Assembly (NCBI GenBank): GCA_965218695.1
Contig: OZ244651.1
Span: 1,728,001 to 1,792,000, forward strand
Direction: 5' to 3'
DNA length: 64,000 nt
From: Nitrosopumilus sp.
Lineage (GTDB): Archaea; Thermoproteota; Nitrososphaeria; Nitrososphaerales; Nitrosopumilaceae
Position 1 is the first letter of the stretch, and the number at the start of each line of letters is the position of its first letter. A program made the translations under genes and the position numbers. The notes beneath the pieces are model-generated. The model did not search any database. It had not been told where the DNA came from and saw nothing but the letters and a program-made list of their open reading frames with translations. This document shows positions 29,604 through 39,389 of this stretch, piece after piece.

Positions 29604-31019
29604 ATGACAAGACTGGTCGTAGCCAAGTTCGGCGGCAGTGCCATTGGCCAGGACGGCGCATCCATACCCCAGATTGTAAGGCGAATCGGTCAGATGGCAA
29701 GGGACGCCAAGGTGATTGCGGTGTTTTCAGCACCACTAACCATCCACAACGAAAAGAGACGCTCCCTTACAGACGTGGTACTGGAGCAGGGCAGAAACGC
29801 CGAGACAGGAACCGTCCCGTCCCTGAACATGGCAGAATCGGCCTACCAGAAGATCCTGGACATGGTCAGCACAACACACAGGGACGAGTGCAGGGAGATG
29901 ATCGCCTCACACCTGGCAAAGGCGCAAGAGGCGCTGGATGAGGCCTATAAGAATAAAAGGTTTGCAGACGAGACACGCGCAAGGGCGCTGGCATTCTCAG
30001 GAGAGATCCTGATGTCCCACGTAATGAGATATATCCTGAACAGTAACAACATGCAGACGGATTCGGTGGGGTTTGACGACTGGCCGATAATCACCGATGA
30101 CAACGTAGAGTCGGCCAACTTTGTGGCCTCAGAATCCAGAAAGAGGATGGGCAGGATAACAGAGATGGTAAGGGACAATGCGATAGTTGCCATCGGCGGA
30201 TTCATCGGAAAGACGGCAGGCGGAACCGTCACCACGTACGAGCGGGGGGGCACCGACAGGACGGCAGTGGACCTTGGAATACTCTTCCACTGCATGTATG
30301 ATACCAGCGTGGACTTTGAAAAGGACAGCGCCGTGGTATCGGCTGATCCGAAGGTGGTACGGGAACATCTAAGGGACGTCCCACACATGTCATACAATGA
30401 GGCGCGGCTTGCAGGAATGTTTGGAATGAAGATTCTGGACCCAATCGCGATAAAGGAGATTGTGGAGAACGGCGTGGACATGCCAATGACCATAACGGAC
30501 ATGAACCGTCCTGAGAGGATCACCACCATCCAGAGGATGCCTGACGTGCAGGGGACGGATCCCATCAAGATAGTGGCCGGAAAGGGAAACTGTGCAATAT
30601 TTAGGATCGAGGCCCGCCTCGTTCAAAGGCTGCTTGCATCCCTGGGAAACGACAAACGCTACAGCGAGTTTGTGATACTCTCGCCGTTCATCAAGGACGA
30701 CATAGAGTTCTCCAGGATACTGTTCCTTGACGGGGACTATGTCAGGAGGAATGAAAAGTATCTGCTCAGCTTTGATCCGCTTGCGACCATAAGGTATGAC
30801 AGGGGCGTGATCACCCTGATCGGCGATGACATGTGGAAGGTGCAGAAGGTTGCCTCAAGGACCAGTTCAAGGGTAGGCCAGGAGGGGCTCAACATACTGA
30901 ACATGGACGCCCAAGAGGAGACCTCCCGGATAATCATAGTGATCGAGGATGCGGGGGACAGCATCAAAAGGGCAATCATCGGGATCCACCAAGAGATTAC
31001 TGAGATTAATTCGAGTTAA
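29604..31019 (+). CDS. lysC: Aspartate kinase
   Basis: VAKFGGS, VFSA, GFIG, ERGGTDRTA, SADPK, MSYNEA, FGMKILDP, ACT-like C-terminus. Confidence 0.85.
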   Translation: MTRLVVAKFGGSAIGQDGASIPQIVRRIGQMARDAKVIAVFSAPLTIHNEKRRSLTDVVLEQGRNAETGTVPSLNMAESAYQKILDMVSTTHRDECREMIASHLAKAQEALDEAYKNKRFADETRARALAFSGEILMSHVMRYILNSNNMQTDSVGFDDWPIITDDNVESANFVASESRKRMGRITEMVRDNAIVAIGGFIGKTAGGTVTTYERGGTDRTAVDLGILFHCMYDTSVDFEKDSAVVSADPKVVREHLRDVPHMSYNEARLAGMFGMKILDPIAIKEIVENGVDMPMTITDMNRPERITTIQRMPDVQGTDPIKIVAGKGNCAIFRIEARLVQRLLASLGNDKRYSEFVILSPFIKDDIEFSRILFLDGDYVRRNEKYLLSFDPLATIRYDRGVITLIGDDMWKVQKVASRTSSRVGQEGLNILNMDAQEETSRIIIVIEDAGDSIKRAIIGIHQEITEINSS

Positions 31020-31165
31020 GGATAAAGGCGGCACGGGTTTTCACCGCGTACGCCAACAAGGGTTTATTCTTGGACCAGTATCATGATTTAGTCCGGCGTT
31101 ACCCTGAACACGCGTTATCATATGTACACGGAATGAGTATTTAGAGTTGATCTATATAGAATGCG

Positions 31166-31369
31166 TCAGAGGTGCTCAGCCGTATACCACAGGACGATTC
31201 CCGTGCCTATAACCGCATACCACTTGAAGTTTCTCCGGTCTGTGAAGATGTTGGGGGAGCCCAGATCGTCTCCCGAAGACGAGATGCGTATCCTTCGCAT
31301 CTCGAATGCCTGACCTACCAGCCCCACCACGAGAAGGGCGATCGCTGCAAGCCCAAGCGTCCACTCCAT
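31166..31369 (-). CDS. Small two-TM membrane protein
   Basis: 67 aa with hydrophobic ends. Confidence 0.65.
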   Translation of the reverse strand: MEWTLGLAAIALLVVGLVGQAFEMRRIRISSSGDDLGSPNIFTDRRNFKWYAVIGTGIVLWYTAEHL

Positions 31370-31496
31370 GGGGCAGCTTGCAACGCGTCTGATTTGTACC
31401 TTTCAGGGAACGATTCTGCCAGACCGCCGTCAGGCACGCACAAAATGCCAATCTGATGACAATTCTTTAAATTGATCATTAGCCATCCAGTTTTTC

Positions 31497-32411
31497 ATGG
31501 AAGAAGTTGGAACGATATGGATGAACGGCAGCATGGTGCCCTTTAGGGACGCAAAGGTCCACGTCCTGACGCACGCACTGCACTACTCCACATCGGTGTT
31601 TGAGGGAATCCGGTGCTATGACACGCCTGACGGCTCTGCCATATTCAGGCTGCCTGAACACGTTGACAGGTTCTTCAGGTCTGCCAAGATGTACTCTATG
31701 AAGATGGAGTTTTCCAAGGAGGAGATTACCGATGCCATCATCGACACTGTCAGGGCCAGCGGACTCAGGGAGGCATACATCAGGCCCCTGGCATACTACG
31801 GGTACGGGCATATGGGGCTGACCCCCACGCAGAACAAGGTGGACGTGGCAGTTGCATGCTGGGAGTGGAAGATGGGCGAGACTGATGCAGGCAAGTTCTC
31901 CGGGGCAAGATGCAAGGTCTCCAGCTGGGCAAAGATCGATTCCAGATGCCAGCCCATGCAGGCAAAGGCCGCCTCAAACTATGCAAATGCCGTACTTGCA
32001 AGGATGGAGGCGCTCAACAACGGATACGACGAGGCAGTAATGCTAAACCTGCACGGAAAGGTCGTAGAGTGCAGCGTGGAGAACATCTTTATCGTAAAGG
32101 ACTCTGTCATACTGACGCCGCCGCTTTCTGCAGGAGGGCTAAACGGCATAACAAGGAACAGCCTGCTCCAGATCGTCGAAGGGGACGGCGGGAAGATACA
32201 GGAGAGGGATCTTGACAGGGACGACTTGTATGATGCAGACGAGATATTCATGACGGGCACCGCAGCCGAGGTAAAGTCAGTCACCCAGGTTGACGAGGTA
32301 ACGATAGGGGACGGAGAGGTTGGGGAGACCACCAAGAGACTGCAGGGACTGTTTACGGATGCCGTAATGGGCAGGAACCAGAAGTTCCGCTCGTGGCTGA
32401 GATTTATCTGA
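31497..32411 (+). CDS. ilvE: Branched-chain amino acid aminotransferase
   Basis: HALHYSTSVFEGIR, YIRP, AKAASNY, GITR, FMTGTAAEV. Confidence 0.95.
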   Translation: MEEVGTIWMNGSMVPFRDAKVHVLTHALHYSTSVFEGIRCYDTPDGSAIFRLPEHVDRFFRSAKMYSMKMEFSKEEITDAIIDTVRASGLREAYIRPLAYYGYGHMGLTPTQNKVDVAVACWEWKMGETDAGKFSGARCKVSSWAKIDSRCQPMQAKAASNYANAVLARMEALNNGYDEAVMLNLHGKVVECSVENIFIVKDSVILTPPLSAGGLNGITRNSLLQIVEGDGGKIQERDLDRDDLYDADEIFMTGTAAEVKSVTQVDEVTIGDGEVGETTKRLQGLFTDAVMGRNQKFRSWLRFI

Positions 32412-32452
32412 CCGGCGATCTTTTTTATTCACAGATTCCCACACAGGATATC

Positions 32453-32632
32453 ATGGATTCGTGTACGCCTGGCGACGCCGAAGAGATCTGCTGGTTCTGC
32501 AGGAAGGGACGCCATAACGACTGCATGGGAGAGATTCCGACGCAGGAGAGATCAGACGGGCCGCACGACTGCGCCTTTGGGACCAGCATGGTTCCGTGCA
32601 AGTGTGACGTGTGCGTGCAGCCTGCGCCATGA
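32453..32632 (+). CDS. Small Cys/His-rich putative metal-binding protein
   Basis: 59 aa with 8 Cys (CWFC...H..C...HDC...CKCDVC). Confidence 0.55.
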   Translation: MDSCTPGDAEEICWFCRKGRHNDCMGEIPTQERSDGPHDCAFGTSMVPCKCDVCVQPAP

Positions 32633-32850
32633 ATGCAGAAGAGATCTCCTAGCTTGATTCACGTTGGATTCTGTCCGTGGGATGTTTTCCGGAATCGACA
32701 CCACCAACCAGGTACCGTTACCAAGACATCAGGCGGCTAAGCGGTTGTTTTGGTGTTTTTGCAGGAGAGGCGCGATGGATCTGGTCTTTTTATCGACGGG
32801 TACGGCAGCGGCGGCAGGATTGACGGTTCCGAGATCAACCATCCATCAGT

Positions 32851-33573
32851 CTAGCATCCATGCTCCTCTTTCAGATATGAAAACGAGTCGTTGATCTTGG
32901 CCATGATTCGGTTTGATCTCTTTTTTTCCGGTGCGGATTTGTGGATGATTCCCTTTGAGGCGTCATACTTTTTTGCCAACTCCCTGTACCTTGTCTTGAT
33001 CTCATGGCATGTGGCATTCTTTGATATGCCGAATATTTCGTGTGGGGTTTTGGCACGCAGAATTCTCTCAGCCTCGGTCAGCAGCTGTTCTGCTGGCCTT
33101 TTCGGGGGCGTGGTCTGCTGCTGCTGCCGCCGCCGCCCCTTCGGCACAGAACCGTAATCATTTCCAGGAATACTGCCAAACCGGTTGTGGGAATCACGCA
33201 GTATTCTGGCTGCTTCATCCAGAATGTCATACGGTATCCCTTCAAAGGTGTCGTCATCAAAATATGACTGGGATGTTTCTTTCTTGGTCTTTTGTCCTGC
33301 TGTCTGGCTGGTCTTCTGATCTTTTTTCTGATCTTTTTTCTGGCTGGTCTTCTGATCTTTTTTCTGATCTTTTTTCTGGCTGGTCTTCTGGCTGGTCTTC
33401 TGTTGGGAACCGTACTGCCCCTCATGCAGGTTATGTCTAATGCCCATCCTGTTCATTGCGCACCTAGAATCATCACAGGGATTGGTCACAGGCGTGTTCT
33501 CAATGATGTGATGTGGTTCATGGTATATTCCCTGCCTGTTTAGCGGACATTTTGGATCATCGCAGGTGGACAT
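32851..33573 (-). CDS. J-domain-like protein lacking HPD, with N-terminal Cys/His repeats
   Basis: PHEIFGISKNATCHEIKTRYRELAKKYD...MAKINDSFSYL; two CDD..C..NR.GI.H..H units. Confidence 0.7.
   Translation of the reverse strand: MSTCDDPKCPLNRQGIYHEPHHIIENTPVTNPCDDSRCAMNRMGIRHNLHEGQYGSQQKTSQKTSQKKDQKKDQKTSQKKDQKKDQKTSQTAGQKTKKETSQSYFDDDTFEGIPYDILDEAARILRDSHNRFGSIPGNDYGSVPKGRRRQQQQTTPPKRPAEQLLTEAERILRAKTPHEIFGISKNATCHEIKTRYRELAKKYDASKGIIHKSAPEKKRSNRIMAKINDSFSYLKEEHGC
33304..33402 (-). repeat. 12-bp coding tandem repeats (QKTS/QKKD)
   Basis: Interspersed CTGGCTGGTCTT and CTGATCTTTTTT units. Confidence 0.85.
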
Positions 33574-33742
33574 TACACAGTCTTGCCAGAACTCGGAAAT
33601 AGGTGTTATTGGGGGGTTATGGCGGCGGCATGATGAGGCACAGACCAAGTCATTCAGGTGCATTACCCAAAAACACGATACCGCGGATCTCCAAGCACTT
33701 GCAGCACACCCGGATACGCACTCGAACGATTAGCATCAAATA

Positions 33743-34318
33743 GTGCCCCATTCCATGGAACGCATGGAATACGACAAGGAGTTTTGGGATGCCTATGCAG
33801 AGGGCAACGAATCACGATACAACGAGGAGTTTGCAAAGTTTGTCAAAGACCTTGCAGGCTCGCTGCGCTGCACAAGCGTACTTGAGATCGGATGCGGCAC
33901 GGGAATAGATCTGAGATTATTTCCGGATACCTTCCAAGTCACGGGAATCGACTTGAATGATTCGGCCCTTGCAGTTGCAAGGGACAAGATGCCGGCTGCT
34001 GCCTTTGAGACGGGCTCCATTGCAGACCTGCCCCTTGAGGACTCTTCTGTGGACTTTGTCTTCACGCACCAGCTCCTGAACTACCTGAACGATGATACGC
34101 TGGAGAAGGGCGTAGCCGAGATGTACAGGGTGGCAAGAAGATACGTCATGAACTGCGAAAAGTACTCCCCCACAGAGGAACGGATTGATGACCACCACAG
34201 GTATCGCAACATGTTAGAGAGATGGATGAACTACAGGGTAAGGATGGTAAGCAACGTGGACATGCACGAGGATATTGACCCGGACAAGTCCAGGTTCACC
34301 CTGCTCAGAAAACTCTAG
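33743..34318 (+). CDS. Class I SAM-dependent methyltransferase
   Basis: VLEIGCGTG, GIDLN, LPLEDSSVDFV. Confidence 0.88.
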   Translation: MPHSMERMEYDKEFWDAYAEGNESRYNEEFAKFVKDLAGSLRCTSVLEIGCGTGIDLRLFPDTFQVTGIDLNDSALAVARDKMPAAAFETGSIADLPLEDSSVDFVFTHQLLNYLNDDTLEKGVAEMYRVARRYVMNCEKYSPTEERIDDHHRYRNMLERWMNYRVRMVSNVDMHEDIDPDKSRFTLLRKL

Positions 34319-34381
34319 CGGTGCCTGCCACACCGGTGCCTGCCACACCAGGCAGGCATGCCCGGCACCCATGCAGCACGG

Positions 34382-35236
34382 CTATGCGTTGTGGGATATC
34401 TTTGAGGGCTCCCGGATCTGCACCTTTGATATCAGTCCCAGAGAGCGGCATGCAAGCGTCCCAAGAAGGAGGGCCACGGTAATCATCACTATGGTCCCGG
34501 ACGGGGCAATATCGAGATAGTACGAAAGGATGATTCCAAATACTGCAGAGAAGACTGACATTGATACGGATATTCCCACCGTCCTCTTGAATCCCATTCC
34601 AAACAGCATTGCAGTGATGTTTGGGATAACAATCAGTGCAGAGATCAGCAGTATTCCCACCAGCCGCATGGACGTCACCACCGTCACTGCTGCCAGCACC
34701 ACAAACAGATAGTTCAGAAGGGTCACGTTGAGGCCCGATATCCTTGCATGCTCCTCGTTAAACGAGATGTGCAGGAACGGCCTGCGAAACGCAAAGAGCA
34801 TAGCCACGATCCCCGCACTTATCGCGACAATCAGTATGACGTCAGAGGTGCCGACAAGCAGTATGCTCCCAAACAGAAAGCTGAACAGATCCACTGAGAA
34901 TCCTCCGGATGCGCTGGTCAGTATTACCCCAACTGCAAGACCCGACACAAGGACGACTGCGACTGCCGAATCGCCTGATATCTTTGTGCTGGAGCGCAGC
35001 TTCTGAAGTCCCAGGCCGCCAAGAATGGACACCACAAACGCACTCCACAGCGGAAACACTCCCAGGAACAGCCCCACGGATATCCCCCCAAATGCCACGT
35101 GGGCTATCCCGTCGCCAAACAGCGAGTATCTTCTCAGCACCAGAAAGATGCCCATGAGGGAACATGCGGCTGCTACTGCAACGCCTGCAAGGAGCGCCTT
35201 TTGCATGAACCCGTATGATAAAATCTCAAGTACCAT
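34382..35236 (-). CDS. znuB: Zn/Mn ABC transporter permease
   Basis: LFGDGIAHVAFGG, LFSFLFGSIL, VGILLISALIVIP. Confidence 0.88.
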   Translation of the reverse strand: MVLEILSYGFMQKALLAGVAVAAACSLMGIFLVLRRYSLFGDGIAHVAFGGISVGLFLGVFPLWSAFVVSILGGLGLQKLRSSTKISGDSAVAVVLVSGLAVGVILTSASGGFSVDLFSFLFGSILLVGTSDVILIVAISAGIVAMLFAFRRPFLHISFNEEHARISGLNVTLLNYLFVVLAAVTVVTSMRLVGILLISALIVIPNITAMLFGMGFKRTVGISVSMSVFSAVFGIILSYYLDIAPSGTIVMITVALLLGTLACRSLGLISKVQIREPSKISHNA

Positions 35237-35240
35237 GTCC

Positions 35241-36035
35241 CTAGTGTCCGTGCATGTGCGCCTGCATCGCAGACTCTGTGTACGTCTTTAGAATATTCTC
35301 GTCTGCAAAAAAAGCCTCCTTGTGGCCGTGAAAGAAGAGCTGCCGGTTCATGCATGCAACCTTGCTTGCATACTTTTCCATCGTGTCAAGATCGTGCGAG
35401 GACCATATTATGGTGGTTCCGTTCCGGTTAATCTCAGTCACCGCATCATAGAATCTTGTCTGGGATTCGACATCGACGCTTGTAACCGGCTCGTCAAGCA
35501 CCAGGATCAGCGGATCGTTTATCAGCGACGTCGCGATGAACACCCGCTGCTGCTCCCCGCCTGAGAGCTCCCCTATTCTGCGATGCCCAAGATGCCCCAG
35601 TCTGACAGTCTTTAGCACCTCTTCAACCCTAGAGTCGGTTCTGTCTATGTCCCGGTATGTATGGTTCCAGGAGTAGCCGTTGTCCCTTACCAGCTCTTCC
35701 CCCCTTGCCGCTCTCTTCTCGGATATGATTCCCATGGAGACGATATCATGCACGGTTGCAGGAAAGTTTGGCTCAAAGGCAACCTTCTGCGGCACGTACC
35801 CCACAAGTGGCAAAATCGACTGGAACTTGTCACGACCGTACCCGAAGACGTTTATGGTCCCGCTGTACGGCTGCAACCCAAAGATGGCGCGAAACATCGT
35901 GGTCTTTCCAGAACCGTTGGGCCCCACTATCCCCAGAAGATCCCCTACATCCACGTCAAAGTTGATGTCATCTACTGCCACATGCTCACCGTACGAGACG
36001 GTGAGATTCTGCACGTGAAGAATACTCATTGGCAT
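35241..36035 (-). CDS. znuC: Zn/Mn ABC transporter ATP-binding protein
   Basis: GPNGSGKT, YVPQ, LSGGEQQR, LDEP, SHD. Confidence 0.9.
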   Translation of the reverse strand: MPMSILHVQNLTVSYGEHVAVDDINFDVDVGDLLGIVGPNGSGKTTMFRAIFGLQPYSGTINVFGYGRDKFQSILPLVGYVPQKVAFEPNFPATVHDIVSMGIISEKRAARGEELVRDNGYSWNHTYRDIDRTDSRVEEVLKTVRLGHLGHRRIGELSGGEQQRVFIATSLINDPLILVLDEPVTSVDVESQTRFYDAVTEINRNGTTIIWSSHDLDTMEKYASKVACMNRQLFFHGHKEAFFADENILKTYTESAMQAHMHGH

Positions 36036-36982
36036 TCCAGCGCGCCTCGAAGCGACATTAGGTTCCTTTCCATCTTGTCAATAAACGTAATACCAGCTGT
36101 CGTCTCCTCGGGCGTGAGTGCCTCGATCGGACTCAGCACAAGGACGTCGGCGCCTGCCTCCTCTGCAATGGCCTCGGCAAGCCGGGGATCAACCAGATCC
36201 TCAGAGAAGATTATCCGGATGTCATTGTTTCTTACAAAGTCTATGAATTCTGCAATCTCGGTGGCAGACGCCTCGGTATCAGGCGCCTGTCCGCCCAGCG
36301 GGTTTATCTTTATTCCGTACCGCTCTCCAAAATATGCAAAGGCGCTATGGAACGGAACGATGGTGTCCTGCCGGCAGTCTGCCAGGCCCTCCCGAATCAG
36401 GACATCAAGTGAATCCAGCTGCGCGTTGTAGTCTGCGGCATTCTGGAAATAGTATGACTTGTTCTCGGGGTCTGCCAGAGCCAGTCCGTCCCGTATGTTA
36501 TTCACCTGCTGCTTTACAAGTATCGGATCCAGCCACACATGGGGATCAAAATCGCCATTGGCGTGGTCATCGTCATTGGCGTGGTCATCCTCTGCACCCA
36601 AAAGAGTAATGCCGTCTGATGCCTTGACAAACAGTATTCCGTCAAACTCGCCGGACTCGATTATGTTTGAGACATACGGCTCAATTCCAAGCCCGTTGTA
36701 GACAAATACGTCCGTATCCTCCAACAAGAGTATCTCGCTTGCCCTAGGCTCCCAGTCATGAGCCTCTGTCCCCGGGGGAATATACTGCTCTACGACGGCA
36801 CGGTCCCCTGCGACGTTTCTTGCAAACTCATAGTATGGAAAAAACGATGCAAGCACGCGAATCTTCTCGGACTCTTCGGTAACGGCATCATCCGATGCAG
36901 GCTGCTGCATGCCAAATGTTACTGCAAGTGCGACTGCAAGCACTGCTATGACGCCTATACCAACATAGCGTTTGTCCACCAT
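36026..36982 (-). CDS. znuA: Zn/Mn ABC transporter substrate-binding protein
   Basis: EAHDWEP, NGLGIE, His/Asp loop, DPHVWLDP, HSAFAYF. Confidence 0.9.
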   Translation of the reverse strand: MVDKRYVGIGVIAVLAVALAVTFGMQQPASDDAVTEESEKIRVLASFFPYYEFARNVAGDRAVVEQYIPPGTEAHDWEPRASEILLLEDTDVFVYNGLGIEPYVSNIIESGEFDGILFVKASDGITLLGAEDDHANDDDHANGDFDPHVWLDPILVKQQVNNIRDGLALADPENKSYYFQNAADYNAQLDSLDVLIREGLADCRQDTIVPFHSAFAYFGERYGIKINPLGGQAPDTEASATEIAEFIDFVRNNDIRIIFSEDLVDPRLAEAIAEEAGADVLVLSPIEALTPEETTAGITFIDKMERNLMSLRGALECQ

Positions 36983-37127
36983 GTCCCATCTTTATTAACA
37001 CCATATATAAGTTTAATAATTATTATTATAAATTCTATATTTTTAATCATTTATTGTCTGCTGTAAATATAAAAATTATTAAGATTATCTAGCAAGTTTA
37101 AATAATGATTAACAAGAATACCAACAG

Positions 37128-37511
37128 ATGCCCGTAATCTCAATATCGCTAAACGACAAGATGCTAGACGAGCTTGACGGCCTTCAGGGATCCATGGGGT
37201 TTACGGGGCGCTCAGAGATCATCAGGGCCGGCATCAGGAGCTTCGTACAGGAGGAGAAGGAAAAGAGCGGCATAATCGGCATGCAGAGTGCCGTGTTGCT
37301 GGTGGTCCATCCCGACGAGTTCGATGATCAGGTTGCAAGGATAAAGCACAAGTACGAGGATCTGATACGGACACATCTGCACAGCAAGATAGACGGGGAC
37401 AGGTGCGTGGAGATGTTTCTGCTGGATGGGGACTCTGAAAGGATACACGAGGTAACGTACGGGTTTCAGACCGACAAAAGGATGGACACGGTAAAACTGG
37501 TGGCCCTGTGA
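37128..37511 (+). CDS. NikR-family ribbon-helix-helix metal-responsive regulator
   Basis: ISISL...GFTGRSEIIR, THLHS...CVE; divergent from the ABC operon across an AT-rich spacer. Confidence 0.88.
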   Translation: MPVISISLNDKMLDELDGLQGSMGFTGRSEIIRAGIRSFVQEEKEKSGIIGMQSAVLLVVHPDEFDDQVARIKHKYEDLIRTHLHSKIDGDRCVEMFLLDGDSERIHEVTYGFQTDKRMDTVKLVAL

Positions 37512-37754
37512 GGGTTTTGTCAAATTCAGGGTTGCCGTCACTGCCTGTAAATTTTCGGTTATTTGTAGAATTCCGTGAAATATCTCACAAAAAATATGGA
37601 TTCACGAAAGCATGCAGGGGGATTGGAAAAACGATTGATGACTGGCGAGAAACAAAAGAGAGGAAAACAATGAAAGGATGGATCAGACGGTTATATCGCC
37701 TGCAGGTGGGTTCTGGTTCGTTTTGGTGATCTGAACAATAAAACTGACTCGAAC

Positions 37755-38069
37755 CTATTTGGCCAATTTTTCAGCATTTTCATACCCTTTTAGAATCCAC
37801 TTCATGGCATCATCTGTTGTGGTTAGATCTGAATCAATTTCAATCCATCCCATCCTAGCACCGTGCGAAAATGGTTTGATTGCTTTTGATTTTATAGCAA
37901 TTTCCTGCTGATCTTTAGGAAGCCTAATGATGATTTCGTGGTTGTTTTTATTGCTGAATCCAACAAAAAATTTCTTTTTTATTGAAAAACATTGATAGCC
38001 GAACATGGGTCTGGTTGTTACATGCTTCATAGATTCAACCTTCTTTTTGATTGAGTCGTAACTATTCAA
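37755..38069 (-). CDS. TfoX N-terminal-like small protein (low GC)
   Basis: RPMFGYQCF...KFFVG...KPF...MGWIEI...WILKGY; much more AT-rich than core genes. Confidence 0.6.
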   Translation of the reverse strand: MNSYDSIKKKVESMKHVTTRPMFGYQCFSIKKKFFVGFSNKNNHEIIIRLPKDQQEIAIKSKAIKPFSHGARMGWIEIDSDLTTTDDAMKWILKGYENAEKLAK

Positions 38070-38088
38070 TGATATTCTCCTTTGGTTT

Positions 38089-39388
38089 CAGTAGTCGGAA
38101 ATTTACCCTCTAAGCCATCCAACAGATGTTCGCAGACGTGTTAACATTTTTCGAGCATACGGATCTATTATCTACGGCGTCCTTGCCCACCCTAGTGTTT
38201 GCGCAAAAAGGTGGGCAGGTACACCGTAACAAGATCGGAGAAAGGATGCTTAATACCTTGTCAGGAATACTGTGGTCTGCACCCATAGGATTCCCTACTG
38301 GGAACAATGCCCAATACGGGGTGGGCGAGTTTGCAGCCATACTGATGAAGATGTCTGAATCCAACATAGCCTCCGAGGAGGCAATCAGGCTGCTCAAGCA
38401 TGCCAAAAAGAAGATGCCGTCACCCAAGTGGTTTCGCAACATGGTAAACTCGCTAGAATCAGACGGTGCAGACGAACTCTGCAGGGACATGCTCACACGC
38501 ACCGCAAGGCTTGCCAAGAATACGTGCCGGTACAAGGGAGGCGTACTGGTGGCAATAGACAAGCACCTGATACCAAGGCACGACAAGGACAACATGTCAC
38601 ACCTGATATGGTCCAAACCAAAGGGCGGTACAGGCAGGTTCGAGTGCTATGCGACAATGCACGTGGTAGCAGAGCAGGTTCCGGCCATTTTGGAGTGCAT
38701 GCAGGTCACGCGCAGCGTGGACAACGCCGATTTTGTGCGTAAATTCATGCAAAAACTCAGGGATTACAGGATACGGGCCCGGCTGCTGCTGATGGACCGC
38801 GAGTTTTACTCGACTGAGATAATCAGGCTTGTATCCGAACAAAGGCGCAAGTTCCTGATGCCGGCAGTCAAGAACGTGGGGATGAAGAGGGCGATACGGG
38901 AGCACCACGATAAATCACGCAGGGCAGTCTCACGGTACACCCTCAGAAACGCAGCAGGCCAGTCTGTTACATTCACGTTGATAATCACGCCCTCAAAAAA
39001 GATAGACGATCCTGATGCCGATGCCACGGAAAGATACCATGTCTTTGCCACCAACCTTTCCCCTGCCAGGGCGCTAGACGAGATTGAGACGCTTCCAGAG
39101 GAGTACAGGAGAAGGTGGGGGATAGAGACAGGATACAAGCAGGTAGAGCAGGTGCGTCCGAGGACGACAAGCCGCAATGCGTCGTTTAGGGCAATCATGT
39201 TTTACGTCTCGCTGTTCATGTACAACACGTGGGCAGTGGAGCAGTACCGTGCGGATTCGAGTTATGATCGGGTGACTCTGGCGCTTGTCGCATATGCTGC
39301 GGCCATGGCTGCATTGGAATTATGTAGGATTGTGGGTCAACCGTATGATGTCGGGGGACCTGCCTAAGGGGTAAATTTCCGACTACTG
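38089..39388 (+). mobile_element. ISH3-family IS, copy 1
   Basis: Perfect IRs CAGTAGTCGGAAATTTACCC; 1300 bp. Confidence 0.92.
38126..39367 (+). CDS. ISH3-family (IS4-like) DDE transposase
   Basis: VAIDKH, LMDREFY, YRRRWGIETGYK; true start may be MLNTLSG. Confidence 0.88.
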   Translation: MFADVLTFFEHTDLLSTASLPTLVFAQKGGQVHRNKIGERMLNTLSGILWSAPIGFPTGNNAQYGVGEFAAILMKMSESNIASEEAIRLLKHAKKKMPSPKWFRNMVNSLESDGADELCRDMLTRTARLAKNTCRYKGGVLVAIDKHLIPRHDKDNMSHLIWSKPKGGTGRFECYATMHVVAEQVPAILECMQVTRSVDNADFVRKFMQKLRDYRIRARLLLMDREFYSTEIIRLVSEQRRKFLMPAVKNVGMKRAIREHHDKSRRAVSRYTLRNAAGQSVTFTLIITPSKKIDDPDADATERYHVFATNLSPARALDEIETLPEEYRRRWGIETGYKQVEQVRPRTTSRNASFRAIMFYVSLFMYNTWAVEQYRADSSYDRVTLALVAYAAAMAALELCRIVGQPYDVGGPA

Positions 39389-39389
39389 A

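Noticed and set aside
33304-33402. Short repeats (also at 10738, 34320 and 56266) as a possible CRISPR array
   Set aside because: They are tandem without unique spacers and mostly in-frame coding; no cas genes are in the window.
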